Assembly: GCA_965221165.1 (NCBI GenBank)
Contig: CBDCRP010000003.1
Coordinates: forward strand, 640,001 to 704,000
DNA length: 64,000 nucleotides
DNA from: a bacterium
Lineage (GTDB): Bacteria; UBA8248
Direction: 5' to 3'
How positions within the stretch are numbered: the stretch's first letter is position 1; each line of letters begins with the position of its first letter. The notes under the pieces were generated by a model. The model was not told the DNA's origin, did no database searches, and saw only the letters and a list, made by a program, of their open reading frames with translations. This document shows, piece after piece, positions 9,801 through 19,593 of this stretch. A program made the translations under genes and the position numbers.

Positions 9801-9809
9801 CTCCCTCTC

Positions 9810-10526
9810 CTATCCACTTTGAGGCGAGGCGGGCGGCAAAGCGGCGAACCAGGCGGCCAGTCCGCCCGGGTCCACGGTTTCTTCCAGCGAGTCCACCACG
9901 CGGTCGGCCCCGGTGAGTTTGTCTGCGGGGTAGCTCGTCGTCACCGCGAGCGTCCGCATGCCTGCGGCATTGCCCGAGCGCACGCCTGCGACGGAATCCT
10001 CCACCACGAGACACGAAGCCCCCGGAACCGGTTTGCCAAGACCCTCGTTTATCCGCGCAAGGGCGGTCAGGAAACTCTCGGGGTCCGGTTTTCCCCGGCT
10101 CACCATCTCCGCCGTCACGATGATCGGGAAACAATCGATCAGGCCCACCCGCTCGAGCACGGGGCGCACCTCGTGGCCCAGGGCCCCGCTCGCTATGGCG
10201 AGGGGCCAATGGCAGGCGGCCGCGCGAATCATCTCCGCCGCTCCGGGCAAAATCTGGGGCGCCAGCGCGATTTCCTGATAGCGCGCCTCTTTTCGCTCCA
10301 GAAGCTGCTCGAAGCGATCCGGGTCGAGAGCCACGCCGCGATCGTTCAGCACGTGGGTGAACAGGAGCCTGTCGTCGAACGCGAGATAGCGCTCGGCGTA
10401 TTCCTCCTCGGTCAAATCCAGGTCCAGTTCCTCAGAGAGCACCGCCTGAAACGCCGCCAGATGGAGCGGCTCGCTGTCCGCGATGGTGCCGTCGAAATCG
10501 AAGATAATCGCTCTCAGTTCCGTCAT
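9810..10526 (-). CDS. HAD family phosphatase
   Basis: FDFDGT, GKPDPE, VEDS..G. Confidence 0.9.
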   Translation of the reverse strand: MTELRAIIFDFDGTIADSEPLHLAAFQAVLSEELDLDLTEEEYAERYLAFDDRLLFTHVLNDRGVALDPDRFEQLLERKEARYQEIALAPQILPGAAEMIRAAACHWPLAIASGALGHEVRPVLERVGLIDCFPIIVTAEMVSRGKPDPESFLTALARINEGLGKPVPGASCLVVEDSVAGVRSGNAAGMRTLAVTTSYPADKLTGADRVVDSLEETVDPGGLAAWFAALPPASPQSG

Positions 10527-10542
10527 CGTTTTTTATCGGGAT

Positions 10543-11307
10543 TTACAGCCATCCCCCTCCATCTTCAAAGATACTCTCGCCCGTAATGTAGGCCGAAGCC
10601 TCGGACGCCAGAAAAACCGCCAAACCCACGATGTCCCCCGGCTCGCCCACGCGCCCCAGAATCGTCTTCTCCTTCAGCCGTTCCTCGACCGATGGGTCTT
10701 CCAGAGCGGGCGCCAGCAACGGCGTGCGGTGTACGCCCGGGCAGATGCAGTTCACGCGCACGCCTCCCGCTCCCCATTCGGCCGCAAGCGCTTTCGTTAA
10801 GCCCAAGACACCGTATTTGCTCGCGTTATAGGCCGCACGCGCGGGCCTGTGTCCCCGCTCGCCCAGAAACGTGCCCACGTTCACGATGCTGCCCGCACCG
10901 CGCGCAAGCATCCCCCGGCCTGCGGCCTGTGCGCAAAGAAAAGCGCCCGTCAGGTTCACGTCGACCACGAAGCGGAAATCCTCCGGCCTCACGTCCACAC
11001 TCGGGTCGGCGTTCAGCACGCCCGCCCCGTTTACGAGAACGTCCACCCCGCCCAGCGTCTCCTCGGTTCGTTCTACTGCGCGCGCCACGTCTTCTGCGCT
11101 CGTGACGTCCGCCGCGACCGCGAGCGCGCGTCGTCCCAAGTCTTCGATGCGGCGCGCCGTCTGCTCCACCAGACCCTCACGCCTGCCCAGGGCGGCCACG
11201 GCGGCACCCGCCTCGGCCAGACCCAGCGCCATCGCAGCCCCCAGGCCCGTGCCCGCGCCCGTCACCAGGGCCACTTTTCCGTCCAGACGAAATTTATCGA
11301 GTATCAA
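10543..11307 (-). CDS. short-chain dehydrogenase/reductase
   Basis: TGAGTGLG, Y...K (YNASK), VRVN.I.PG. Confidence 0.92.
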   Translation of the reverse strand: MILDKFRLDGKVALVTGAGTGLGAAMALGLAEAGAAVAALGRREGLVEQTARRIEDLGRRALAVAADVTSAEDVARAVERTEETLGGVDVLVNGAGVLNADPSVDVRPEDFRFVVDVNLTGAFLCAQAAGRGMLARGAGSIVNVGTFLGERGHRPARAAYNASKYGVLGLTKALAAEWGAGGVRVNCICPGVHRTPLLAPALEDPSVEERLKEKTILGRVGEPGDIVGLAVFLASEASAYITGESIFEDGGGWL

Positions 11308-11577
11308 GGCCTACGTTCCTTTGGCGTCATCAAACAAAAAGCAGCGACAAGCGCCGCCCGCATACTCCCATAAAAGCGCCCCAAGCTAGGGGATGGCGCA
11401 TGGGGGTGTCAATACGAGGACTCAATAATTTTATGTGGGGGCGAATCGCTTGGGCGGAACGCGCCTCGTTGTCGAGAGCGCGCAGGAGGGATAAAATCGC
11501 TTCCGATGCGCGCACGACCATCAAGCCCGAAAAAATGGTCGCCTCTGCTTTTCCACCCGCCGAGATGAGTTTCCCGA

Positions 11578-12261
11578 ATGGCCGACACGAAAAGCCATAC
11601 CCCGAGAGACGGGAAGAATGAAACCTGCCCCCTGTGCCGGTCGAACGAGGGTGAATTCCATCTTCACGCCGATATACGGGACTATTTCCACTGCCCCGTC
11701 TGCAGGCTCATTTTCGTGCCGCCTGAATTCTGGCCCGCGCCCGATCAAGAAAAAGCGAGATACGAACAGCACCAGAACTCGGGCTCCGATGAGGGCTACG
11801 TCGCCTTTCTTCGTCAGTTGAGCGTCCCCTTGGCGGGAATGCTGCCCAAAGGAGCGCGGGGCATTGACTTCGGCGCGGGGCCGGCGTCCGATGGACACCC
11901 CGTCTTGTGTGAACTCCTCGCCGACGCAGGAATCAAATGCCTGCCTTACGATCCGTATTTCTTTCCCGAAACCCCCGAAGGACCCTTTGATTTCATCGCG
12001 TCGAGCGAGACGTTCGAGCACTTGAGACACCCGAGGGAGGAAATCGGAAAAATCCACGCAAACCTCGAAAAGGGCGGGCTCCTGGGCGTCATGACGGCGT
12101 TCTGGGATGAGGCGCTCTTCGCCGACAACTGGCACTACAGGCGCGACTTCACCCATCTGTGCTTCTACCGGCTCGAAACTTTCGCGTGGATTCAGGAGAA
12201 TTTCGGGTTTTCGTGCCGCTGGACGGATAATCGCCGCGTCATCATTTTGGAGAAGATTTAA
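11578..12261 (+). CDS. class I SAM-dependent methyltransferase with N-terminal Zn ribbon
   Basis: CPLC...CPVC, DFGAGP, YDPYF, ETFEH, WHY.RD.TH. Confidence 0.85.
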   Translation: MADTKSHTPRDGKNETCPLCRSNEGEFHLHADIRDYFHCPVCRLIFVPPEFWPAPDQEKARYEQHQNSGSDEGYVAFLRQLSVPLAGMLPKGARGIDFGAGPASDGHPVLCELLADAGIKCLPYDPYFFPETPEGPFDFIASSETFEHLRHPREEIGKIHANLEKGGLLGVMTAFWDEALFADNWHYRRDFTHLCFYRLETFAWIQENFGFSCRWTDNRRVIILEKI

Positions 12262-12443
12262 TGCGGCTCGACCCTCACCGTGTGCTCAGCCCTTAGGGCG
12301 GGGAAAATCCCCGCTTGCCCAAAGAATTTCCATTAGGCTCACTCACGCGCTTGTGTTTTTCATATTGCTTGTTCACGTCCATCCGGTGTGGCATTCTTCT
12401 GCCCGTGGGAACAACCTCTTGATTCATGTGGGGAAACAGACTC

Positions 12444-14177
12444 TTGCGCACGATGAAGACGGACATCCTCATCCTGGGTTCGGGCGGGGCGGGCCTCCTG
12501 GCCGCACTCGCCGCGCACACCCGAAACGCAGCCCTCGACGTCACCGTGGCGGTCAAGGGTCTTTTTGGGAAAAGCGGTTGCACGCGCATGGTGCAGGGCG
12601 GCTACAACGCCGCCCTCGCAGAAACCGATTCGGTGGAAAACCACTTTCTCGACACCCTGATGGGCGGAGCCTGGATTAACGATCAGGAACTCGCATGGAC
12701 GCTCGTGAGCCGCGCGCCCGGCTGCGTGGAGCGGCTCGAAACCGTGTGCGGGTGTTTTTTCGACCGCAACGAAGACGGCACGATCCACCAGAAAGCCTTC
12801 GCGGGCCAGAGTTTCGATCGCACGGCGCACAAGGGCGACCTGACGGGCATCGAGATCACCAACCGCGTCTCCGAGCAACTCGCAAGGCGCGGGGTGGACG
12901 TTATGGAAGAGGCGCGCGCGGTGGCGCTCCTGCCCGCAAGGGGAGAGCCCGAGCGGGTCGCGGGTGCTCTGCTGCTCGACATCCAGAGCGGGGAATTCAT
13001 CGCCGTGAACGCGAAATGCACGCTCCTCGCCACGGGCGGCGGCCCCACGCTCTATAAAATCTCCGCCTGCGCGCAGGAACTCGCCACCGACGGCATGGCT
13101 ATCGCCTGGGAGGCGGGCGCTTCTTTTTGCGACATGGAGATGGTGCAGTTCCACCCCACGGGCATCCTCACGGGAGACGGCCTGCAAATAACGGGCACGC
13201 TCTTGGAAGAAGGCCTGCGCGGCGCGGGCGGACACCTCAAGAACGCAGCGGGCGAGCGCTACATGGAGCGCTACGACCCGGAGCGCATGGAGCGCGCCAC
13301 GCGCGACGTCGTCTCGCGCGCGGGCTACACCGAAATTATCGAGGGCCGGGGTACGGAGCGCGGCGGCGTGTTCATCGACGTGAGCCATTTGGGAAAATCC
13401 TTCGTGCGCAAGAATTTCAAGGGCATGGTCGAGCGCTGCGCCGATCTGGGCTACGACCTCCTGAGCGGTCCCGTGGAGGTGACGCCCACCGCGCACTACC
13501 TGATGGGCGGCGTGAAGATAGACACCAGATGCCGCACGAATCTGGTGGGGCTTTACGCCGCTGGCGAGGACGCGGGCGGCACGCACGGCGCGAACCGCCT
13601 GGGCGGAAACGGGGTGGCGAACGCCACGGTGTTCGGCGAGATAGCGGGCGAGGCGATGGCCGAGGAAGCGGCGGACTCCCCCCTCTTCCCCTATGACGCG
13701 GAGGCGCTCGCGGGGGCGGAAGCGAAAACGCTCGACGCGCTGGGCGAAGGCGAATCCCCCTACCCCATCCGGGAGGCGCTCAAGGAGACGATGTGGGATA
13801 AGGTGGGGCTTAGAAGAAACGGGGCAGACATCCAGAGCGGTATCCGGCGCCTTCTCGACTTGAAAAAGCGCGCAGCTGACGCCCGCGCGGAGGGTTCTCG
13901 CGCCTACAACCTCGCCTGGCAGCACACGCTCGACGTGAGAAACCAGGTCTGCGTCGCGGAGCTGATAGCGTATTCCGCGCTCGAGCGCGACGAGAGCCGG
14001 GGCAGCCACTACCGCGACGATTGCCCCGAGACGCAAGGCGAGGACCTCTATAACGTCTATATCAGACGAGAGGGTGCGGCGGCGGTCATCGAGCGGAAAC
14101 CCGTCGCGTTCCCCCGCCTGAACCCCAAGGCGGAGCCGGCCGCCCTGGGGGAGCCCGATCCCAACTTCATCGACTGA
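12444..14177 (+). CDS. succinate dehydrogenase/fumarate reductase-like flavoprotein subunit (atypical)
   Basis: G.GGAG, QFHPT, RDVVSR, AHY.MGG, HGANRLGGN, ESRG.H; start uncertain (12426/12444/12453). Confidence 0.9.
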   Translation: MRTMKTDILILGSGGAGLLAALAAHTRNAALDVTVAVKGLFGKSGCTRMVQGGYNAALAETDSVENHFLDTLMGGAWINDQELAWTLVSRAPGCVERLETVCGCFFDRNEDGTIHQKAFAGQSFDRTAHKGDLTGIEITNRVSEQLARRGVDVMEEARAVALLPARGEPERVAGALLLDIQSGEFIAVNAKCTLLATGGGPTLYKISACAQELATDGMAIAWEAGASFCDMEMVQFHPTGILTGDGLQITGTLLEEGLRGAGGHLKNAAGERYMERYDPERMERATRDVVSRAGYTEIIEGRGTERGGVFIDVSHLGKSFVRKNFKGMVERCADLGYDLLSGPVEVTPTAHYLMGGVKIDTRCRTNLVGLYAAGEDAGGTHGANRLGGNGVANATVFGEIAGEAMAEEAADSPLFPYDAEALAGAEAKTLDALGEGESPYPIREALKETMWDKVGLRRNGADIQSGIRRLLDLKKRAADARAEGSRAYNLAWQHTLDVRNQVCVAELIAYSALERDESRGSHYRDDCPETQGEDLYNVYIRREGAAAVIERKPVAFPRLNPKAEPAALGEPDPNFID

Positions 14178-14202
14178 CGATAAAACGGAGCGAAGACAAA
14201 AG

Positions 14203-14553
14203 ATGACGAGCGTAAAAGACCCCACGACCAATAAACCACCCGTCTGGAAGATCAGCGCCTGGCGCTCGATGTATCCGGGCATGTGGTCCTGGGTGCTGCA
14301 GAGAATCTCGGCCCTTGCGCTCATCGTCCTCTTCCCGATCCACGTGATGAACCCCTACATCGATTCGGTGAGAATCTCCATGCTCGCGCTCGTCGTCTGG
14401 CACGCCATGCACGGCATCAAGGTGATCCTGACCGATTTCGGCTTTCCGGATCGCCACCAGAGAAAACTCCTGTGGATGCTGTGCGTCTTGGGAATAGCCG
14501 CCTTCTTCTGGCTGGCCTTCATGCACAAGGAATACTGGAGATTCACCTCGTGA
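14203..14553 (+). CDS. SdhC-like membrane anchor (cytochrome b556-like)
   Basis: GMWSWVLQRIS and H.MHGIKVILTD; three hydrophobic segments. Confidence 0.8.
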   Translation: MTSVKDPTTNKPPVWKISAWRSMYPGMWSWVLQRISALALIVLFPIHVMNPYIDSVRISMLALVVWHAMHGIKVILTDFGFPDRHQRKLLWMLCVLGIAAFFWLAFMHKEYWRFTS

Positions 14554-15386
14554 GCGAAGAAGCGCAGGAAAAAGGGGCGCATGAGGAGCCGGCACAGGAA
14601 GAGGAGACGACCCCGGAAGAAAAGGCGGAAAAGCGCCCCACGGTGCGGGTCAGAATCCGCCGGGGAGGCGCTGCGGATGACCCCGATGCGCGCGTGGACG
14701 TATTCGAAGTCGAAACCGGCCCGCGCATGACGGTCCTGGACGCCCTGGTCGCCATCCAGAGCGGGCAGGACGCCACGCTTTCGTTTCGCTACTCCTGCCG
14801 GGTGGGCATGTGCGGCACCTGCGCCATAAAAGTCAACGGACGCCCCGCCTGGGCGTGTAGGACGCGGCTCGACGGCCTGGGCGATGAGGTCACGCTCGAG
14901 CCGCTCCCGAACTTCCCGACTTTAAGCGATCTGGCGGTCGACATGTCGCCCTTTTTCGAAAAGATGAAAAAAGCGCGCGGCTGGCTAGAACCCACGAGCG
15001 TGGCGGCGAAAGCCCCCGCGCTCATCCCGCCCACCGTGCGCGAGCGAAAGCGCATCGAACCGCACATCGAGTGCATCACGTGTGGCATCTGCTATGCTTC
15101 TTGCTCTATTGTAGGGCATGATAGTGATTACCTGGGGCCTGCGGCCCTAAACCGCGCCTATACGCTCGTGAACGACAGCCGCGACGCCCTGGGCCTGGAG
15201 AGGCTTTTGGAGGTTTGCACGGAGGACGGCGCCTGGCGCTGTCATTCGCAATACAACTGCACGGAGAGCTGCCCCAAGGGCATCAGCCCCACGGGCGCCA
15301 TCAAGGGCCTCAAGCGCCGCGCCGTATCGAGCGGCGTCAAACAATTCGCCGCATCCATCTTCCGGGGCCGCGCGCCCGGCGCATGA
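14550..15386 (+). CDS. SdhB/FrdB-like iron-sulfur subunit
   Basis: GTG overlapping upstream stop; SCR.GMCG.C, CITCG.C...C, CHSQYNC...CP. Confidence 0.93.
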   Translation: MSEEAQEKGAHEEPAQEEETTPEEKAEKRPTVRVRIRRGGAADDPDARVDVFEVETGPRMTVLDALVAIQSGQDATLSFRYSCRVGMCGTCAIKVNGRPAWACRTRLDGLGDEVTLEPLPNFPTLSDLAVDMSPFFEKMKKARGWLEPTSVAAKAPALIPPTVRERKRIEPHIECITCGICYASCSIVGHDSDYLGPAALNRAYTLVNDSRDALGLERLLEVCTEDGAWRCHSQYNCTESCPKGISPTGAIKGLKRRAVSSGVKQFAASIFRGRAPGA

Positions 15387-15405
15387 ACGCGGGGAGGACA
15401 CCAAA

Positions 15406-16356
15406 ATGCCGACTCTCGAAACTCACGCCATCAGCAGCGAACTGATCCGGGAAGTGGCCTTCGAGCTCAACCGCCGCGCCGCCATCGGCATTCCCAAGGA
15501 CGTGGGCGATTCCATCGCCGACATGGCCGAGCGCGAGACCGAGAAGCTCTCGAAGTTCGTGCTTCTCGAAATCGTCAACAACTACAAGGTCGCCGTGGAC
15601 GAACAGCGCCCCATGTGCGCCGACACCGGGCTTCCGCGCTTCTACGCCAAGGTGGGCAACGACGCCGCGGTCGAGGGCGGCTTCGTGGCGCTGGAACGCT
15701 CCGTCCGCCAGGGAACGGCGGACGCCACCGAGCGCGTGCCCCTGCGTCCGAACAGGGTGCACCCCATCAGCCGGCACGATTACAACAACAACGTAGGGAT
15801 ACACGCCCCCACGGTGGATTATTCCTGGGAGCCGGACGCCGACTGGATAGAACTCACCAGCTTCCACAAGGGGGGGCTCTTCGGCGGGGACTACCGGATG
15901 CTCTTCCCCACCGACGGGATAGACGGCATCAAGCGCTTTTTCCTGGACGTGATCAGCGAGTTCTTCAAGCGCGGCCTCTCCTGCCAGCCCGCCATCGTGG
16001 GAATCGGCATCGGCGGAACCAAGGACACCTGCGTGCGCCTCGCCAAGGAGGCGGCGTGCCTGCGCGTGGTGGGGGACAGAAACCCCGATCCGGAGATTGG
16101 GAAATTAGAAGAAGAGCTGAACGACCTCGGCAAAAGGACGAGCCTCGGCCCCATGGGCTTCAAGGGCGAGGGCGCGGTGATGGACACCCACATCGAGGTG
16201 GCCTACACCCATACGGGCGGCATGCCCATCTCGATCCACCACCAGTGTTTCGCGCTCAGGCGCGCCACCGCGCGCATCCACCCCGACGGCCAGGTGGAAT
16301 ACCGCGAAAACCCACATTGGTTCACCGACTACTACCGCCGCGACACCATCGGTTGA
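15406..16356 (+). CDS. class I fumarate hydratase / L-tartrate dehydratase alpha subunit
   Basis: RPMC.DTG, C.P.IVG.GIGG, GPMG..G, QC...RR. Confidence 0.88.
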   Translation: MPTLETHAISSELIREVAFELNRRAAIGIPKDVGDSIADMAERETEKLSKFVLLEIVNNYKVAVDEQRPMCADTGLPRFYAKVGNDAAVEGGFVALERSVRQGTADATERVPLRPNRVHPISRHDYNNNVGIHAPTVDYSWEPDADWIELTSFHKGGLFGGDYRMLFPTDGIDGIKRFFLDVISEFFKRGLSCQPAIVGIGIGGTKDTCVRLAKEAACLRVVGDRNPDPEIGKLEEELNDLGKRTSLGPMGFKGEGAVMDTHIEVAYTHTGGMPISIHHQCFALRRATARIHPDGQVEYRENPHWFTDYYRRDTIG

Positions 16357-16372
16357 GCGGCCCGGGAGATTT

Positions 16373-17062
16373 TTGAATATGAGCGGCACAGCCGACCTGG
16401 AAATGAAGGAGCACCGCCTCACGGCGCCGACCTCGCCCGAGGATCTCGCGAAACTGGAACTCGGCGACGTCGTCTATTTCGACGGCGTGATCTTCACGGG
16501 CAGAATCGGCCTCTACAAGAAACTCTTTGACGAAAAGGCGCCGCCGCCCGTGGACATCGCCTCGCTCACGAACGTGACGTTTCACTGCTCGCCCGCCGTG
16601 GGGCGAAACGACGCGGGCGAGTGGGAGGTGGCCGCCGTTACGGCCACGGCGAGTTTTCGCTTTGAAAAACACCTGCCGCTCCTGCTGGACGAGTACGAAA
16701 CACGCTGCGTCATCGGCAAGGGCGGCATGGCTCAGAAGTTTTATGAAGAACATTTCAAGCGCCTGGGCGCCGTGTTCCTGAACACGGTGGGCTACGGCAT
16801 CGGCGCGCAGTACGGGCGCGGCATCACCGGCGTCAGGGACGTCTACTGGCTCGATGAACTCGGCATCGCCCAGGCGATGTGGGTGTTCGAGGTAAAAAAC
16901 TTCGGGCCCTTCCTCGTGGAATGCGACGCCCGCGGGAACAGCCTCTACCAGATGGCGCTCGCCGAGACGAACGAGGAGTTGGTCAAGCTCTACGAGGGGC
17001 TGCCCCTCCCCGCACTCAAGCGCATGGGCGAGGTGCACAACCCCGAAGACGAGGTTTTCTAG
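16373..17062 (+). CDS. class I fumarate hydratase / L-tartrate dehydratase beta subunit
   Basis: LGD.VY..G.I.TGR, IGKGGM, FGP..V..D..GNSL. Confidence 0.88.
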   Translation: MNMSGTADLEMKEHRLTAPTSPEDLAKLELGDVVYFDGVIFTGRIGLYKKLFDEKAPPPVDIASLTNVTFHCSPAVGRNDAGEWEVAAVTATASFRFEKHLPLLLDEYETRCVIGKGGMAQKFYEEHFKRLGAVFLNTVGYGIGAQYGRGITGVRDVYWLDELGIAQAMWVFEVKNFGPFLVECDARGNSLYQMALAETNEELVKLYEGLPLPALKRMGEVHNPEDEVF

Positions 17063-17110
17063 CAAATTCCCCGGAAATTCGAACGGAAACACCAACGAGA
17101 GGATAGGAAA

Positions 17111-18118
17111 TTGTCGAAAGGAATCGCCTGGGTCACCACGAGTTGGCTGAGCGGCCTCGAAGACCCGATGCGCCACTTCAGGCGGCTCGAAACCGAAGCG
17201 GGCCTGGAAGTGCGAATCGAATCGAACGGCGTGGACAAGACGGCAGACGAACTCATCGCCTCCCTTCCCGGCGTGGTCGTCACCTTCCCGAGCAACGACC
17301 CCTACAACGAGCACACCCTGGCGGCGGGAGTGGACCTGAAACACATCGCCAGAACGGGAGTGGGCTTCAACTCCGTCGACCTCGACGCCGCCACGCGCCA
17401 CGGGGTGGTCGTCACCAACGCGCCGGGCCAGAATTCCGATTCCGTGGCCGAACACGCGATAGGCCTCATGCTCTGCATCGCGCGAAAAATCGCCTCGAGC
17501 GATAAAAAAATGCGCGCGGGCGAATGGGCGGACCTGCGAGTTCCCCTATCGCCGCTCAGGGGCAAGACGCTGGGCATCATCGGGCTGGGCAACATCGGCA
17601 AGCGCGTGGCGAGGCGCGCCGTGGCCTTCGGCATGGAGGTCATCGCCCATGACATCGTGCGCGATGAACGCTTCGCCGCCGAGGTGGGCGTTTTCTATGA
17701 GGCGCGCGAGGAGGTGACGCGCAAAGCCGATTTCATCACCTGCCACGTACCCCTGAACGATGAGACGCGCGGCATGGTGGATGAGAAATTCCTCTCCTCG
17801 ATGAAGCCGGGGGCCTACCTCATCAACACCTCGCGCGGCCCCGTGGTGGATCTGGACGCCGCGGCCACGGCTCTCGAGCGCGGGGTCATCCAGGGCGCTG
17901 CGCTGGACGTTTTTCCGAACGAGCCTGCGGATCACCGCCACCGGATTTTCTCGCTCGACAACGTCGTCCTCACGCCGCACATCGCGGGCCTGGGCGAGGA
18001 CGCGTGTGAGCAATCGCTCGAGTTCGCCGTCGCCGCCGCGCTCGACGTCATTGCCGGAAGACGCCCTGCCGGTCTCCTGAACCCGGAGGTGCTGGACAAA
18101 GCGGGCATTAGAGACTAG
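17111..18118 (+). CDS. D-isomer specific 2-hydroxyacid dehydrogenase (SerA-like catalytic domain)
   Basis: SVAEH, G.GNIG, INTSRG, LDVF..EP, TPHIAG. Confidence 0.92.
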   Translation: MSKGIAWVTTSWLSGLEDPMRHFRRLETEAGLEVRIESNGVDKTADELIASLPGVVVTFPSNDPYNEHTLAAGVDLKHIARTGVGFNSVDLDAATRHGVVVTNAPGQNSDSVAEHAIGLMLCIARKIASSDKKMRAGEWADLRVPLSPLRGKTLGIIGLGNIGKRVARRAVAFGMEVIAHDIVRDERFAAEVGVFYEAREEVTRKADFITCHVPLNDETRGMVDEKFLSSMKPGAYLINTSRGPVVDLDAAATALERGVIQGAALDVFPNEPADHRHRIFSLDNVVLTPHIAGLGEDACEQSLEFAVAAALDVIAGRRPAGLLNPEVLDKAGIRD

Positions 18119-18191
18119 AAAACTCGTCATCTTTCCCCGGGCCTCACCCCCGGGGCGCTCGAAACTCGCCGCCGTCATCGAGGATGGATTC

Positions 18192-19592
18192 ATGCGGAAA
18201 ACAAAGAAACTGCGCGCACTCCTCGCCGCCGCCTGCCTCCTCCTTCCCTTCGCCGGGCAGGCTCTCGGGGCCGACGCCAAGCCTGAGGCCGCAGCCCTGC
18301 GCGTTCCCTGGAACGTGACCGAACACAAGATGAACAACGGAATGCGCGCCCTGCTGCTGCCGGACCACAGCGCGCCGATGGTGGTCATGAAGGTCTGGTA
18401 CGCCGTCGGCAGCCGGGACGAGCAACCGGGCCTCACGGGCATCGCGCATTTTCTGGAGCACATGATGTTTCGCGGCACCAAAAAATACGGGCCCAAGGAA
18501 TTCAGCAAAATCATCAAGAAAAACGGCGGCTCGCACAACGCGTTCACGAGCTTCGATTACACTGCGTACTACGAGCGCATCGCCTCGGACAGGCTCGAAC
18601 TCATCATCGAACTGGAAGCCGACCGCATGGTGAACATGGTGCTCGAAAAGGCGGCGTTCGACGCGGAGAAAAACGTGGTCCACGAGGAGAGGCGCACCCG
18701 AAGCGACAGGCCGACGGGCAAGTTCTGGGAACAACTCCGCGCCGTCGCCTACACGAACCATCCCTACAAGAACCCGATCATCGGCTGGCCCGAGGACGTG
18801 GAGGCCATTACCACCCAGGACATGGAGGCGTTCTACAAACGCTACTACAGCCCCGATAACGCCGTGGCCGTCCTCGTGGGCGATTTCAAGGTCGAAGAGG
18901 CGGTCGCTCTCCTGAAAAAACATTTTGGGAAAATCCCCGCATCCCCCACTTTCAAGAAAAGACCCAGGCTCTTCGAGTTCCCCCAGCGATCGGAGCGCAG
19001 GGTGTACGTGCGCGCGGACGCGCAGCTTCCCTATGTGGCTATCGGCTACCACGCCCCCAACTGGAAGAGCGGGGACGCGCCCGCTCTCGTGATGCTCGAA
19101 TCCATCCTCGGCGGGGGGGAGACCTCGCGCCTCCACCAAAGGCTGGTGCGCAAGGACACCACCGCCCTGGGCGCGGGCGCCGATTACACCTACATGTCGG
19201 TGGACCCGATGGTATTCTATCTCTACGCGAGGGTGGCGCCGGGCAAGAAGGCCGCCGACGCGGAAAAGGCCCTGCTCGAGGAGGTGGAAAAACTCATCGA
19301 AAAAGGCGTTGCGGACGAGGAGTTCCGCCGCGCGCTCAGGAACATCGAGGCGAACACGATTTTCGCCATGGATTCTCACTACTACCGCGCGAGGCTCTTA
19401 GGCCAGGCGGCGGTGTCGGGCGACTGGCGGTTGCTCGAAGGCTACCTGCCCACCCTCAGGAAAGTGACGCCCGCCGACGTGGTTCGCGTCGCCAAAAAAT
19501 ACCTGGACCACAAGAACAAGACCACCGCCGAACTCATACCGACCAAAAAGAGCCGCCGCGCAAGCGCCGCCAAAAGCCGGGGAGGACGCTAG
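18192..19592 (+). CDS. M16 family zinc peptidase, active subunit, secreted
   Basis: Signal peptide; AHFLEHMMF (HxxEH), NAFTS.D.T.Y. Confidence 0.93.
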   Translation: MRKTKKLRALLAAACLLLPFAGQALGADAKPEAAALRVPWNVTEHKMNNGMRALLLPDHSAPMVVMKVWYAVGSRDEQPGLTGIAHFLEHMMFRGTKKYGPKEFSKIIKKNGGSHNAFTSFDYTAYYERIASDRLELIIELEADRMVNMVLEKAAFDAEKNVVHEERRTRSDRPTGKFWEQLRAVAYTNHPYKNPIIGWPEDVEAITTQDMEAFYKRYYSPDNAVAVLVGDFKVEEAVALLKKHFGKIPASPTFKKRPRLFEFPQRSERRVYVRADAQLPYVAIGYHAPNWKSGDAPALVMLESILGGGETSRLHQRLVRKDTTALGAGADYTYMSVDPMVFYLYARVAPGKKAADAEKALLEEVEKLIEKGVADEEFRRALRNIEANTIFAMDSHYYRARLLGQAAVSGDWRLLEGYLPTLRKVTPADVVRVAKKYLDHKNKTTAELIPTKKSRRASAAKSRGGR

Positions 19593-19593
19593 C

